Positions 19,819-28,824 of a stretch of 64,000 nucleotides of DNA are shown here, in pieces (the stretch's first letter is position 1; the number at the start of each line of letters is the position of its first letter). Position numbers and translations under genes: made by a program. Under the pieces are notes generated by a model. The model ran no database searches, was not told where the DNA came from, and saw only the letters and a list, made by a program, of their open reading frames with translations. Source of the stretch: Polyangiaceae bacterium (GTDB lineage: Bacteria; Myxococcota_A; Polyangia; Polyangiales; Polyangiaceae); the NCBI GenBank assembly GCA_044376115.1, contig JBILLK010000007.1, forward strand, positions 96,001-160,000, given 5' to 3'.

Positions 19819-20071
19819 TGCGACACATCGCCCGCTGTCACGGTAAGACTCGCCGATCTGTCGCACCGGGCGGCGAGGAGGCCAACGCCCAGCGGCTCGA
19901 CTTCCGTCTTCCTGCGACACATCGCCCGCTGTCACGGTGAGACTCGCCGATCTGTCGCACCGGGCGGCGACGAGGCCAACGCCCAGCGGCTCGACTTCCG
20001 TCTTCCTGCGACACATCGCCCGCTGTCACGGTGAGACTCGCCGATCTGTCGCACCGGGCGGCGACGAGGCC
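19819..20071. repeat. Intergenic tandem repeat: about 2.7 near-identical copies of a 94-bp unit with an internal inverted repeat
   Basis: Units start at 19819, 19913 and 20007. Each contains TGCGACACATCG...CGATCTGTCGCA (11/12 inverted match). Confidence 0.92.
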
Positions 20072-20285
20072 CCATCGCGCCTTTCGGTCAATCATCGAAC
20101 GGGTCCCTCGGCGGCCTGAGGCATGGCTTCGGCAGGAACGGTGGGAGCTGAGGTCTTCGGAGGGCTGGCTTCTAAGTGCGAAGCGTGAGGGCGCTTTCAC
20201 AAGCGAGCTCGTCGTTCGCCGGTTTGCTCGCGGTGTCAGGTTCTCGTCACGGCGGGGGCTCCAAACTTGCGAAGGCCCGGCGCCA

Positions 20286-20548
20286 TGTACACCCGATCCT
20301 TGCTCGCTGTTTTCGTGCTCGCTGCGGCCGCGCCGGCGCAAGCACAGCCCGTCGATTCGCAGCCGATTGAGCCGACCCAGGCTGTAGCGCCGCCGGCTCC
20401 AGCCGCGCCAGCGCAAGCGGCGTCCACGAAGCAGCCCTTCATCCAGCCGTCTTCAACGGCAGATGGTTGGCTCGCGACCGATGCCGACACCGCAGGCTCT
20501 GAGCTCCTGGAGCGCGTGGGACACGCTCGACGACGCGAGCCGGCGTAA
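20286..20548 (+). CDS. Short ORF with a signal peptide and Pro/Ala/Gln linker, probably a truncated secreted protein
   Basis: Reads MYTRSLLAVFVLAAAAPAQA|QPVD..., then overlaps the next gene out of frame. Confidence 0.4.
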
Positions 20549-21290
20549 GGTGGTGAGCGAGACCGCAAAGGCGCTCGGCCCCGGCTACAAACCGACGAAG
20601 CTCGTCGGAGAGCGCAAGATGGGCTGCGTCAAACACGTCCCCACCGGCTACGAGTTCCTTCTCATGCCTGGCGGCTCCTTCTCCATGGGGATCACGGAGG
20701 CGGAGGAAGAGCGCATTCTCGACGTGCTGCGCACGCTCGGGGGCTTTCCCGATGCGCCCAAAGACGAACGAGGCGCGTGGGAGAAGAGGCTCAAGAGAGA
20801 GGTTCGCAGCATCGCCACGGCCGCCCGCCCCGTGCATGACGTGTCGGTCGCTCCGTTCCTTTGTGGTCGCCGCCACCTCGGCGAAACGAGCCTCGCCCCT
20901 GCGTGGCGCGCCCTCTGCGAAGCGGAGTGGGAATATGTTGCCCGCGCGAGCTACCTGGATGGCTGGCTGCTCCATCCGCCGCTCACGTGGGGCAATGAGA
21001 ACGGTCCCGGCCGCGCGCTCACCCAGGAGAGCCCGCTAGGTTTTTTTGATTTGGTGTCGTGGGCCGGGGAAGGCTTCCCGGAGGACGGCTGGGCTGGCCG
21101 CGGGGGTTATCAAGGCGCGCCGAGCGTCGCGGGGCCGTTCACGCCGGAGGGCGGTGAACTTGATTGGATCGCCCGGGGTGGGCCCACGAACGGATGGGCC
21201 TCGGAGGTGGCTGGCGTCTGGGCGTTCTTCGCCGGAGCTCGAAGCAACGCGTGCGGCACGGGACGGCGCGCTGCGATCTCCTTCACGTGA
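20481..21290 (+). CDS. Divergent FGE-sulfatase-like protein
   Basis: EFLLMPGGSFSMG, RPVHDVSVAPF, CEAEWEYVARA, SPLGFFDL and IARGG form degenerate SUMF1/FGE motifs. Confidence 0.7.
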   Translation: MPTPQALSSWSAWDTLDDASRRKVVSETAKALGPGYKPTKLVGERKMGCVKHVPTGYEFLLMPGGSFSMGITEAEEERILDVLRTLGGFPDAPKDERGAWEKRLKREVRSIATAARPVHDVSVAPFLCGRRHLGETSLAPAWRALCEAEWEYVARASYLDGWLLHPPLTWGNENGPGRALTQESPLGFFDLVSWAGEGFPEDGWAGRGGYQGAPSVAGPFTPEGGELDWIARGGPTNGWASEVAGVWAFFAGARSNACGTGRRAAISFT

Positions 21291-21715
21291 TTGGAGCCCT
21301 CGCGCAGCTCGCTACAATAGATAGGGCACGGACGTAAGCATCACGCTGGCGCAATGACGTTGCTCGACGGCACGAATGCGACATTCAGGCTTCCGATGGT
21401 TCATCGCCCGGCCGAATGTCGCACCCTCGTCAACGGCCTCGAGGCGGTACTGCGCCATTGAGAACGGGCGCGCGGGAAATTCGCTGAGATCTGGCTTTTT
21501 GCAACGCGAGGTCGCTGCGCCGCTCACCGTCGGTACGACGTTGGGGAGCCGGATGAAGTATCGCGCGGCCCAATGTCGCTGTTCGCTCGGGTGCTCAACT
21601 TGGCTGCTCGTCACGTCGCGCGCGTCACGGCAGCGAACCTGCGCCCGGAAGGCCTTCACAGGGAGTACGCGGTCGCGAGGTAAACGCGTGCTCGAAGCTG
21701 GGCCGGGGTAGCGAG

Positions 21716-21807
21716 GATCGGCCATCGAATTGGGCATTTTGTGGAGTTCGGTCGCCCATCGGTGGGCGATGGGAGGTGTTTCTCAACAATCCGTCCACTT
21801 CGACCGC
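21716..21807 (+). repeat. 92-bp dispersed non-coding repeat, copy A (hairpin-containing, possibly an IS/MITE end)
   Basis: 81/92 ungapped identity by manual alignment to 43214-43305. Contains the stem TCGCCCA-tcgg-TGGGCGA. Confidence 0.85.
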
Positions 21808-21919
21808 CCATCGTCGGTCTTTGTTTGCGCCCTTGTTCGCTTGGCACCGCCGCGACACAAGCTCACCGCCCGCTGTAGCGGGGAGATGCTCTACCGCCAC
21901 AGCGGAGGGCCCGCCGCCT

Positions 21920-23707
21920 TCAAGCTTCCGTGACCAGCGCAAGAAAGGTGCGTTGGTCGGCGTTCCACCCATCGACGTCGAACCGCAGCTTGCCCGAACT
22001 CTCGCGCAACAGTTCGCGCGCAAGTAGCCGCCGATCCCCGTGATGCGTGTTCGGATCGGCTAGCTCCGGCGCGATCGTGCTAGCGCTCCACTCCCGCCCC
22101 CAGCGTAAGCGTTGGTTCGTAGCGGGGCCGCTCGCGAGCCACTCACCGAAATCGCGCCGCAAGGCGGCAACATCCGGATACCCAATGCCGTAGTTCGGGA
22201 CGTTGACGCCGGAGATTCGCTTGACCGCTCCCGCCGCGCACCAGCGCTGGTCATCGCCCTCTTGGCCGCCAACCTCGGCGAGCTCCTCGATGGCCGCAAT
22301 CAGCGCCGGCCCATGTTCTGCGTGGCCGAAGAACCCGACATCACGGTAGGCCCGCAGTCGATGTGCGGCGTTCCATACGCGTGCTGCGTCGCGCTTGTCG
22401 CCGATCACTGAGAGGGCCCTCAACGCGAGACGCGCCTGCGTTTGGTTTGCGCCCGCGATGAACGCGTCGAGTTCGGCGCCGAGCACCTCGCGGGCCTGCG
22501 GCATCCCGAGCTCACTCATGCCGGTGCCCGCAGCGATACGCACAGACGAATGACCCGAGGCTGCAGCTGCCGTGAGAGCGCCGGTCGCGAGCGTTGGCGG
22601 CGCGAGCGGCAAAAGGCGGGTCGCCGTGCTCGCCACCGCGTAGTGAGGGTGGGTCGACAAGGCCAACATCTTGCGGTGGAAGTAGCTGCGTCGCAGCGCT
22701 GCCTCGAGCACGACGACGAGCAGCTCCGGCGCCGCGTCTTCAGGCAACAGCGTGAGGAGTTTGCCAACGCACGCAGGGTTTGCTCCCAACGCAAGGGCGT
22801 CCACATACGCCGGCAGCGCCCGCGGGTCCGCGCGCGGTAAGGCCATGGCGAGACCTACCGCCGCTGACGGCGATTCATTGCATGCAAGCACGAAGGCAAA
22901 GGCGAAGGTGCGGCCGAGATCGGGTACCACCCATTCGGTTGCGTACTTGTAGAGGGCTTCGGTGAGTTCGAGGCGAGCGGCCGACGCGCGGCGAGGCATC
23001 GCAAGCGAGACCAGGGCGTGATAGTTCGCGAGCAGCCGCTCATCGAAAGGGCGCCCCTCCGACCACGCTTCGCGGTCTGAAACACGACGCAGCGTCGAGA
23101 GCCCTGCGAGGTCTTCCATCGCTTCGCGAGCGAGGCGTTCGACCTGGTCGAGTTCGCCTTGATCGCCTGCCTTCTCGTTCTCCGCGCCTTCGCGGCCGCG
23201 AAGCTTGCGATCGTCATCCTGTCGGCCAATCAGTCGCAGAATCGTGGTCGCGACGCCGCGCACCATCGTCGGCACGCCAGGCGCTACCGTAAAGGGCGCA
23301 GCGGTAGGCTCGTCTCCGCGTGGTCGGGACCCCGTTGCACGATCGAACTCGACCATCGACTCGATTGCGTCGGCGCGGAACTGTTCGAGGAACTGCAGCG
23401 AGTCTGCCAGCGCGGCGCTCACGACCGACCTCTTTTGGGGATCCGGGTCGTTTTGGACGGCGAGTCTTGACTCGCTCATCGTGGAGGCGGCCTGGCCCAA
23501 ATGCCGAATGCCATCATCCGTCGCCCTGCGGTCATGCACTAGCGATTCGGCGAAGGCCCCGACTTGCGAAAGTGTTTCGCGCAGCGCGCTCTCGAGCGCC
23601 GAACCCTCGAAGTCCCGTTGAGACTCGGCGAGGCGGAGCATCAGACTGAGCAGCTCCTGTGTGAGCAACTCACAGCCGTCCTGCAACTCTTCCAGAGACT
23701 GCGTCAT
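21920..23707 (-). CDS. TIGR02270-like HEAT-repeat protein of the VgrG/DUF2169 cluster, with an N-terminal helical extension
   Basis: Contains ERLLANYHAL, HEAT-like helices and the C-terminal RLRWG...RLLARELL...RFDVDGW...Q. Last gene of the operon, with an ATGA overlap. Confidence 0.65.
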   Translation of the reverse strand: MTQSLEELQDGCELLTQELLSLMLRLAESQRDFEGSALESALRETLSQVGAFAESLVHDRRATDDGIRHLGQAASTMSESRLAVQNDPDPQKRSVVSAALADSLQFLEQFRADAIESMVEFDRATGSRPRGDEPTAAPFTVAPGVPTMVRGVATTILRLIGRQDDDRKLRGREGAENEKAGDQGELDQVERLAREAMEDLAGLSTLRRVSDREAWSEGRPFDERLLANYHALVSLAMPRRASAARLELTEALYKYATEWVVPDLGRTFAFAFVLACNESPSAAVGLAMALPRADPRALPAYVDALALGANPACVGKLLTLLPEDAAPELLVVVLEAALRRSYFHRKMLALSTHPHYAVASTATRLLPLAPPTLATGALTAAAASGHSSVRIAAGTGMSELGMPQAREVLGAELDAFIAGANQTQARLALRALSVIGDKRDAARVWNAAHRLRAYRDVGFFGHAEHGPALIAAIEELAEVGGQEGDDQRWCAAGAVKRISGVNVPNYGIGYPDVAALRRDFGEWLASGPATNQRLRWGREWSASTIAPELADPNTHHGDRRLLARELLRESSGKLRFDVDGWNADQRTFLALVTEA

Positions 23708-24729
23708 TCTGCGCTCTCCAAGAAAACAATGCTGCGCGCTGCACCCTCCGACGCTGCCACGACGAGCGCGGACTTCGCTCGGGCAAAGCCCATGGTGAAG
23801 CCCATCGTCGCGTACACCGTGGCCAGCGCGGCATTCGCTGCGCCTGCATCACCCATCTGTCGGTGCAGATGTTCGCGCCACGTGCGCTCTGGCCTGTGGT
23901 GAAATACATCGAAGTTGCGCATCCGCACGTAGGTCCACTCGCGCGTCCGATGATGCTCTCCCGTTGCATCGGAAAGGACCCACGGGACCGGCCTTGGCAA
24001 GCGGGGATCACTCGTGATCTTGGTCAGGGCCTTTGCAAGCACCGGATACAGCGTCTCCTCCTCGGCCGTGCTGACGAAGCGGATCGTAGCGAGGGGCGGA
24101 ACCCCTGCGCTGCGGTTCTTCGCCGGCGGCGTGACCATGATGAAGGCTGCACCCTCGGAAGGAATGAAGCCGTTCCCGCCTCGCGAGCTCAAGACGCGAA
24201 AGTTCTTGTCGAGGGTCTCGAGACGCGATCGGTCGTGAAAGGAATCGATCGCCCCAACGATCACAGGCACATCTCGCGAGAATGTTGCCGCACGCGCGAG
24301 CAGGGCAGCGAAGCCAGCGCTGCCAAGCCGAATCGCGGTCGAGCGGTCATCCAACGAGATCCCCGCGGCCTTGGCCAGCGCACCTAGGACGTCTCCAAGC
24401 TTGGTCATCTCTTCGGGCTCGCCATCCCAGGGTTCGGGCAGCGTGAGCAGGAGTACCACCGGCTTGTGCGGCTCGAGCTGGGCCGCATGCGGGAGGTTCT
24501 CCAAGAGTTCAATGAGCGCAGGCTGTCCGAGCGCGATCATTCGTGCGGCCCCAGTGAGGGTGTCGGGGAAACGCCAAGAGCGCACCGACCCGATGGCGAT
24601 CCCTTCCTCATCCACGAACGGAGTGGGGCGCGGAAAGCACTTTGACGCGCGCAGCATCAGTGCGGTCTGGCGGGCGTCTATCCCGAGCGGCGTGAAGGCG
24701 CCCACAGAAACGATCGAGAGCTGACTCAA
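23704..24729 (-). CDS. Thiolase/beta-ketoacyl-synthase-like T6SS accessory protein (PRK06147-like)
   Basis: Contains IVSVGAFTPLGIDARQTA, IVGAIDS, GFIPSEGAAF, SDATGE..R.REW, MGDAGAA and ALVVAASEG.RS. Lies next to DUF2169. Confidence 0.85.
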   Translation of the reverse strand: MSQLSIVSVGAFTPLGIDARQTALMLRASKCFPRPTPFVDEEGIAIGSVRSWRFPDTLTGAARMIALGQPALIELLENLPHAAQLEPHKPVVLLLTLPEPWDGEPEEMTKLGDVLGALAKAAGISLDDRSTAIRLGSAGFAALLARAATFSRDVPVIVGAIDSFHDRSRLETLDKNFRVLSSRGGNGFIPSEGAAFIMVTPPAKNRSAGVPPLATIRFVSTAEEETLYPVLAKALTKITSDPRLPRPVPWVLSDATGEHHRTREWTYVRMRNFDVFHHRPERTWREHLHRQMGDAGAANAALATVYATMGFTMGFARAKSALVVAASEGAARSIVFLESAE

Positions 24730-26015
24730 GACTGCGCTCCCGTCTTCGCCAATCGGCGCTCGCGTAGCCGTGTGGCTGCTTCCTTTCTCGCGGTGATCAA
24801 GCGTTGCGAGGTTGGTGAGCTACCGAACCGCGTTTCGGCTGTGATCCGTTCGAGGTAGCCACGCTCCTCGAGCGCATAGGCATGCTCATCGAGCTGATGC
24901 CGCGCGAGCACGTCGCACCTGGGTTCGGCACGCTCGGCCAGCTCCAAGCCGATCTCGGCGTATTCATCTTCGGAGAGCAGCGGCTCTGGTGCTAGCGGGT
25001 AACGCCAGCTCTGATAGCGCGCGATCGTCTCTTCTTCTTTGGTGAGACGGGGAGGGGGCACACCGCGAGCTGCGTCCTCCCAGGTCCACGCAAACTGGAA
25101 GCTGCCACGAGGCAGCTCACGCAGGATGTCCTTCCACGTAGCTGGGTCATCGACGTTCGTGTCGGCGGCGAATCCAAGCAACACGCGATCGACCACCTTC
25201 GGACCGCCAGCAGGGAAACGGGCGCGCCACGTGAGTTCCATTTGTTGCTTCGTACAATCGACAAGGATCGTGTCGAGCTCTGCCGCCACTCGTACCTCGG
25301 CGCCGCCTGGTTTTGCGGGGGACACCAGGATGCGCGGGGTGAGCTTCGGCAGCTCGTAGTCGCCCGAGAACAGTTGCTTCGAGCCCGAACTGTCCGGCTG
25401 TGAAAGCTTGATTGAGACCGTGGAGCCCGGCTGCACCGCTTTGCGTAACAAGCCTTGGCTAGCCGACAGATAACAGCGAAGGGAGACCTTTTCCTCATGG
25501 TGAAACTTGGTCTGCGAGATGTCGAAGAAGTTGCTCGGACCAAGCATGGCGTCGAGCCCCTCGGCGCCTCGTAGCTGAGCGCGCGCCAGCGGTAGGGGAC
25601 TTACGATCGGTTCGTCCGCCGGTATGTCGAAGGCGGTCGATACGCCGCCCACGACAACCTCGCCCGCTAGTCCGCGACCCTTCTCGACAGGCCCAGCAAG
25701 CTCGACGGCTCCTACGACCAGGACGTCCACGCCTCCTTTCCAAGGAACGAAGTCCACCGGGCGCTCGAACGGATCCGCCTGGGCCGGCGTCGCGAAGACC
25801 ATCTCCGCCGTTCGCAAGTCGGACTCTCCGTGCTTGAGCACCGCCTTGATGATCACGGTGCACCAGTCGTCCCAGCCTTCCGACCAAAACAGGAGCCCCA
25901 ACGTGGGTGCTGCTTTGATTCGGCCGGCCTTTGGGACTTCCTCCGCGCCGGCCTGAGGGCGGTGCGAAACTAGATTGGCTGGGGAGAGGCCCACCACGAT
26001 TCTCGACGGGCTCAT
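24726..26015 (-). CDS. Divergent DUF2169 T6SS adaptor with a C-terminal helical extension
   Basis: CTVIIKA, DFVPWKGGVDVLVVG and LDTILVD...MELTWR match DUF2169. Tail: LSEDEYAEI..ELA...DVLARHQLDE. Confidence 0.75.
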   Translation of the reverse strand: MSPSRIVVGLSPANLVSHRPQAGAEEVPKAGRIKAAPTLGLLFWSEGWDDWCTVIIKAVLKHGESDLRTAEMVFATPAQADPFERPVDFVPWKGGVDVLVVGAVELAGPVEKGRGLAGEVVVGGVSTAFDIPADEPIVSPLPLARAQLRGAEGLDAMLGPSNFFDISQTKFHHEEKVSLRCYLSASQGLLRKAVQPGSTVSIKLSQPDSSGSKQLFSGDYELPKLTPRILVSPAKPGGAEVRVAAELDTILVDCTKQQMELTWRARFPAGGPKVVDRVLLGFAADTNVDDPATWKDILRELPRGSFQFAWTWEDAARGVPPPRLTKEEETIARYQSWRYPLAPEPLLSEDEYAEIGLELAERAEPRCDVLARHQLDEHAYALEERGYLERITAETRFGSSPTSQRLITARKEAATRLRERRLAKTGAQS

Positions 26016-26016
26016 T

Positions 26017-27987
26017 TCATTTTCCGCTGAGTGCCATCAGATACTTGATCGGGTGGAGGTCCGTCTCTTCGTACTTGTAGCGCATGAACTCGGGCCACAC
26101 TTCGCCGCCATACTTTCGCTCCCACCAGAAGGTGCTGATCACGACGTAGCCGGTAAAGCCGATGCGCGCGTCTCCCTTGTCGAGCTTGAAGAAGGCGACG
26201 GCGTCCGGATCTCTGTAGAAGCCCTTGAACTTGGGGTTCCAACGAGCAACAGCCTGCACTTCGATGTTGAGGTTGCTCCGGAAAACGATGCGCACGTACA
26301 CGTAGAACTTGAAGTCGAAGACAATGTTGACGTTGCCCGCTTCGAACACGCCGTATTGATCCTGCGAGCATCCACCTTCGACGCCAATGTCAAGGGTAAC
26401 GCCCAGGCCGGCCGCTGCTTCTGCGCCGATCCACGAGAGGATGTACTCCATCGCGGTGCCTGCCATCGCCCCCGGAAAGGCAGCGTCCACGATGCGCGCC
26501 CAGGGCACCGGGAGCTCCACCTTGATGCCAACGATCTTCTTCAGCTTGAGCATCAGCGACTGTTTGCGGCCGACCTGATACTTCTTGCGCCCCGCGTCTG
26601 GCGCATCCTTGTCGAGCTCCAGCCACCGGCATTTGATTTCGATCTCAGGGTCCTTGAGCAGAACGATCTCGACCTTGAACCCGCGCATGAAGCGCTGACA
26701 GATCGCCGAAAGCCACTCGGCGAAGGTCGTGACGGCTTTGCATGCGATCTTGAGCGCAGCGATGTCCTTGTCGCTCAGCTTGAAGTCCACCTCCTCGCAC
26801 GGATAGACCACGATTTGTGACTGCAAACCGCCGGTGCAGGCCTGGGAGGTCACGTCGATGCGCACCGGCCAGCGGTCCCAGAAGTAGACGCGAAGAAACT
26901 GCGCGAGGTTCAGGAGCTGTGCCGCGCGTTGCACCCGTTTCTGGTGGTCGGCGTTGGCCTTCTTGTGCGCTTCAAACTCCTTCTTCTGAGCCTCATTCCT
27001 CTCGCGGAGGGCCTCGTTTCGCTTCGCCATATCCGCCGACTCTTGGCGGATCGCATCGCGATTGGCGCCGACCATCGGGCCGTAGCCACCCTTGGGTCGC
27101 TCGGGAGACGCCTCTTTGGCTCTCCGCATCGCTTCGGCATCGCGGTCTTTCTTCGATGCAAACTTGTCGGTTTCTTCCGTCTCAGGCGTTGCCTTCTTGT
27201 CCTTGGCCTCGACTTTGGCCTGAAACACCGGAATCGGTGCGGTACTGGTCCACGACTGATCAAGCAGGAGCACATCTCCGGTTCGTTCCTCGCGGCGCTC
27301 CCCGAGAAAGCCACCCGCGACTCGATGAATCACCCACGCCGTGTGGTTGCCTTCCCCCAACTTGCATTTGGGCGGGCCGGGTTCCACAGCGTTGTGGCGC
27401 TTGGCCTCGAACAAGACCATGCACGGATCTTGTGGGTCCGAGACGATCTCGAGCACCCGGTTTTCTCCGACCTTGCCCAGCTCGCGGCCGTGGGAGCACT
27501 CGACTTTGTCCTCGGTGAGTGAGCACCTCTTGAGCGCATCGGCTGCCATCTTGGCCAGCTCTTCGGCCTTGCCAAGATCGTAGACGATGCCTTCACAGTT
27601 GGCTCCATCCTGTGTGGTCGGGTCTTTGTCGCGCGTCGGGGTCTTCTCCTCGACGCACATATTGTCTGCGCCTTCGGTGGCTCGAGCCTCCTGCTGGTAC
27701 GGTCCACCCTTCTTGCGAATGACGTACGGGGGATGCTCGTCATGCGTCGGTGGACCCTTGGGTGGTCCAACCGCGTCGTCGATGGAGATGACGAAGCCAT
27801 CCGCGAACTTGGTTCTTTCGCTGGAGTGGTCGCCCGCCTCCTTGAGCAACGCATAGTTCTTGAACGGCTTCGGCGGCCCAACGGGCGCCACCATACATTC
27901 GTCGTCCTCGCCCTTCGTCGTCTCGGACAGTCCGGAGCTGGTGGTGGCGATCACGCGATCGTCTTTGCTATGCGTTACGACAGCCAT
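26017..27987 (-). CDS. Putative T6SS effector: N-terminal divergent DUF4150 (PAAR-like) domain plus an uncharacterised C-terminal region
   Basis: Residues 1-135 (D.C..AP...P.PF.N.A...TK.AD..V...DE....GG...EA....G..N...E.K...R..DPTTQ..AN) follow the DUF4150 pattern. The context is vgrG/DUF2169/KS-like. Confidence 0.7.
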   Translation of the reverse strand: MAVVTHSKDDRVIATTSSGLSETTKGEDDECMVAPVGPPKPFKNYALLKEAGDHSSERTKFADGFVISIDDAVGPPKGPPTHDEHPPYVIRKKGGPYQQEARATEGADNMCVEEKTPTRDKDPTTQDGANCEGIVYDLGKAEELAKMAADALKRCSLTEDKVECSHGRELGKVGENRVLEIVSDPQDPCMVLFEAKRHNAVEPGPPKCKLGEGNHTAWVIHRVAGGFLGERREERTGDVLLLDQSWTSTAPIPVFQAKVEAKDKKATPETEETDKFASKKDRDAEAMRRAKEASPERPKGGYGPMVGANRDAIRQESADMAKRNEALRERNEAQKKEFEAHKKANADHQKRVQRAAQLLNLAQFLRVYFWDRWPVRIDVTSQACTGGLQSQIVVYPCEEVDFKLSDKDIAALKIACKAVTTFAEWLSAICQRFMRGFKVEIVLLKDPEIEIKCRWLELDKDAPDAGRKKYQVGRKQSLMLKLKKIVGIKVELPVPWARIVDAAFPGAMAGTAMEYILSWIGAEAAAGLGVTLDIGVEGGCSQDQYGVFEAGNVNIVFDFKFYVYVRIVFRSNLNIEVQAVARWNPKFKGFYRDPDAVAFFKLDKGDARIGFTGYVVISTFWWERKYGGEVWPEFMRYKYEETDLHPIKYLMALSGK

Positions 27988-28029
27988 GGGGTTCCTCCGA
28001 CAGGGTGCAATGAACGGACGAAGTTACAG

Positions 28030-28824
28030 TCAGCGAAAGATGCGCCAGTCGGCGCCCTGGCGCAGGAGCAGCGGCCGTACCGCCCACACCTGACCGGGAT
28101 CGGTCTTGTGACGGGCGAGCAGCGCAGGTCCCCCATCCACAGACGTCGCGTACGCCACCCGGCCCATCGCGCAGGACCGAAAGCGGAGGTCCTCGGGGCG
28201 GAAGGGCATCACGTCCCAAGGCTCCTTGAACATCTCTTCGTTCTCTTTGCGCAAGCTCGCGACGTCGGTGCTTGGGAGCTTGCCGAAGTAGCGCTGCAGA
28301 TCCTCGATCTTGAGGCTACCAAGCTCGAGCAAGGCATCGCCGTCTCGCTTGGCGAACGCTTGATGGAGACCGAACACGGTCTTCAACAGCTCCGGCGAAC
28401 CTCGCTCGGGTACCGGGCCTGGGCTCGAATCCGCCCAGATCGGCTTGGGGATCACGCCCTCTGCTGTGAACGTGCCGCGAATCGAACAGGGGAGCTTGCG
28501 CTCCTCCTCGGGCAACTTCGGCAGGAACGTCGGGTACTCCTCGAAGTACACAAGCTTGTCGTCAGCCTCGACCGCGCCCTGCCCAATGATCTTGCATTGA
28601 AAGTGGGCGGGAACGAGAACCATCTCGGGGTTCTTCGGGGACTCTCGACACTCGATGACAATCTCGTTTTCACCCGCTTGAAGCCAGGGCGTCGCCGGAA
28701 AGGTCGGGGTGGAGTAGCCCATGACGGCGCGGTCGTACATGGGCACGTCGTTGACAAAGACGCGCACGTGGACGCCGGGGCACTGCCGAAGCATTGCCAT
28801 GTAGGGCGCGCATAGCTCGCTCAT
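28030..28824 (-). CDS. Hypothetical protein (candidate immunity or chaperone) between vgrG and the PAAR-like effector
   Basis: Start MSELCAPY at 28824 (ATGA overlap with the vgrG stop). Contains VRVFVNDVP...PWLQAGENEIVI and ends ...WRIFR. No signal peptide. Confidence 0.65.
   Translation of the reverse strand: MSELCAPYMAMLRQCPGVHVRVFVNDVPMYDRAVMGYSTPTFPATPWLQAGENEIVIECRESPKNPEMVLVPAHFQCKIIGQGAVEADDKLVYFEEYPTFLPKLPEEERKLPCSIRGTFTAEGVIPKPIWADSSPGPVPERGSPELLKTVFGLHQAFAKRDGDALLELGSLKIEDLQRYFGKLPSTDVASLRKENEEMFKEPWDVMPFRPEDLRFRSCAMGRVAYATSVDGGPALLARHKTDPGQVWAVRPLLLRQGADWRIFR

Noticed and set aside
19819..20071. CRISPR array
   Set aside because: The whole 94-bp unit is repeated, there are no unique spacers, and no cas genes are in the window.
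23704..24729. Polyketide or fatty-acid biosynthetic gene cluster
   Set aside because: No catalytic Cys and no ACP, AT or KR genes. The context is a T6SS accessory cluster.
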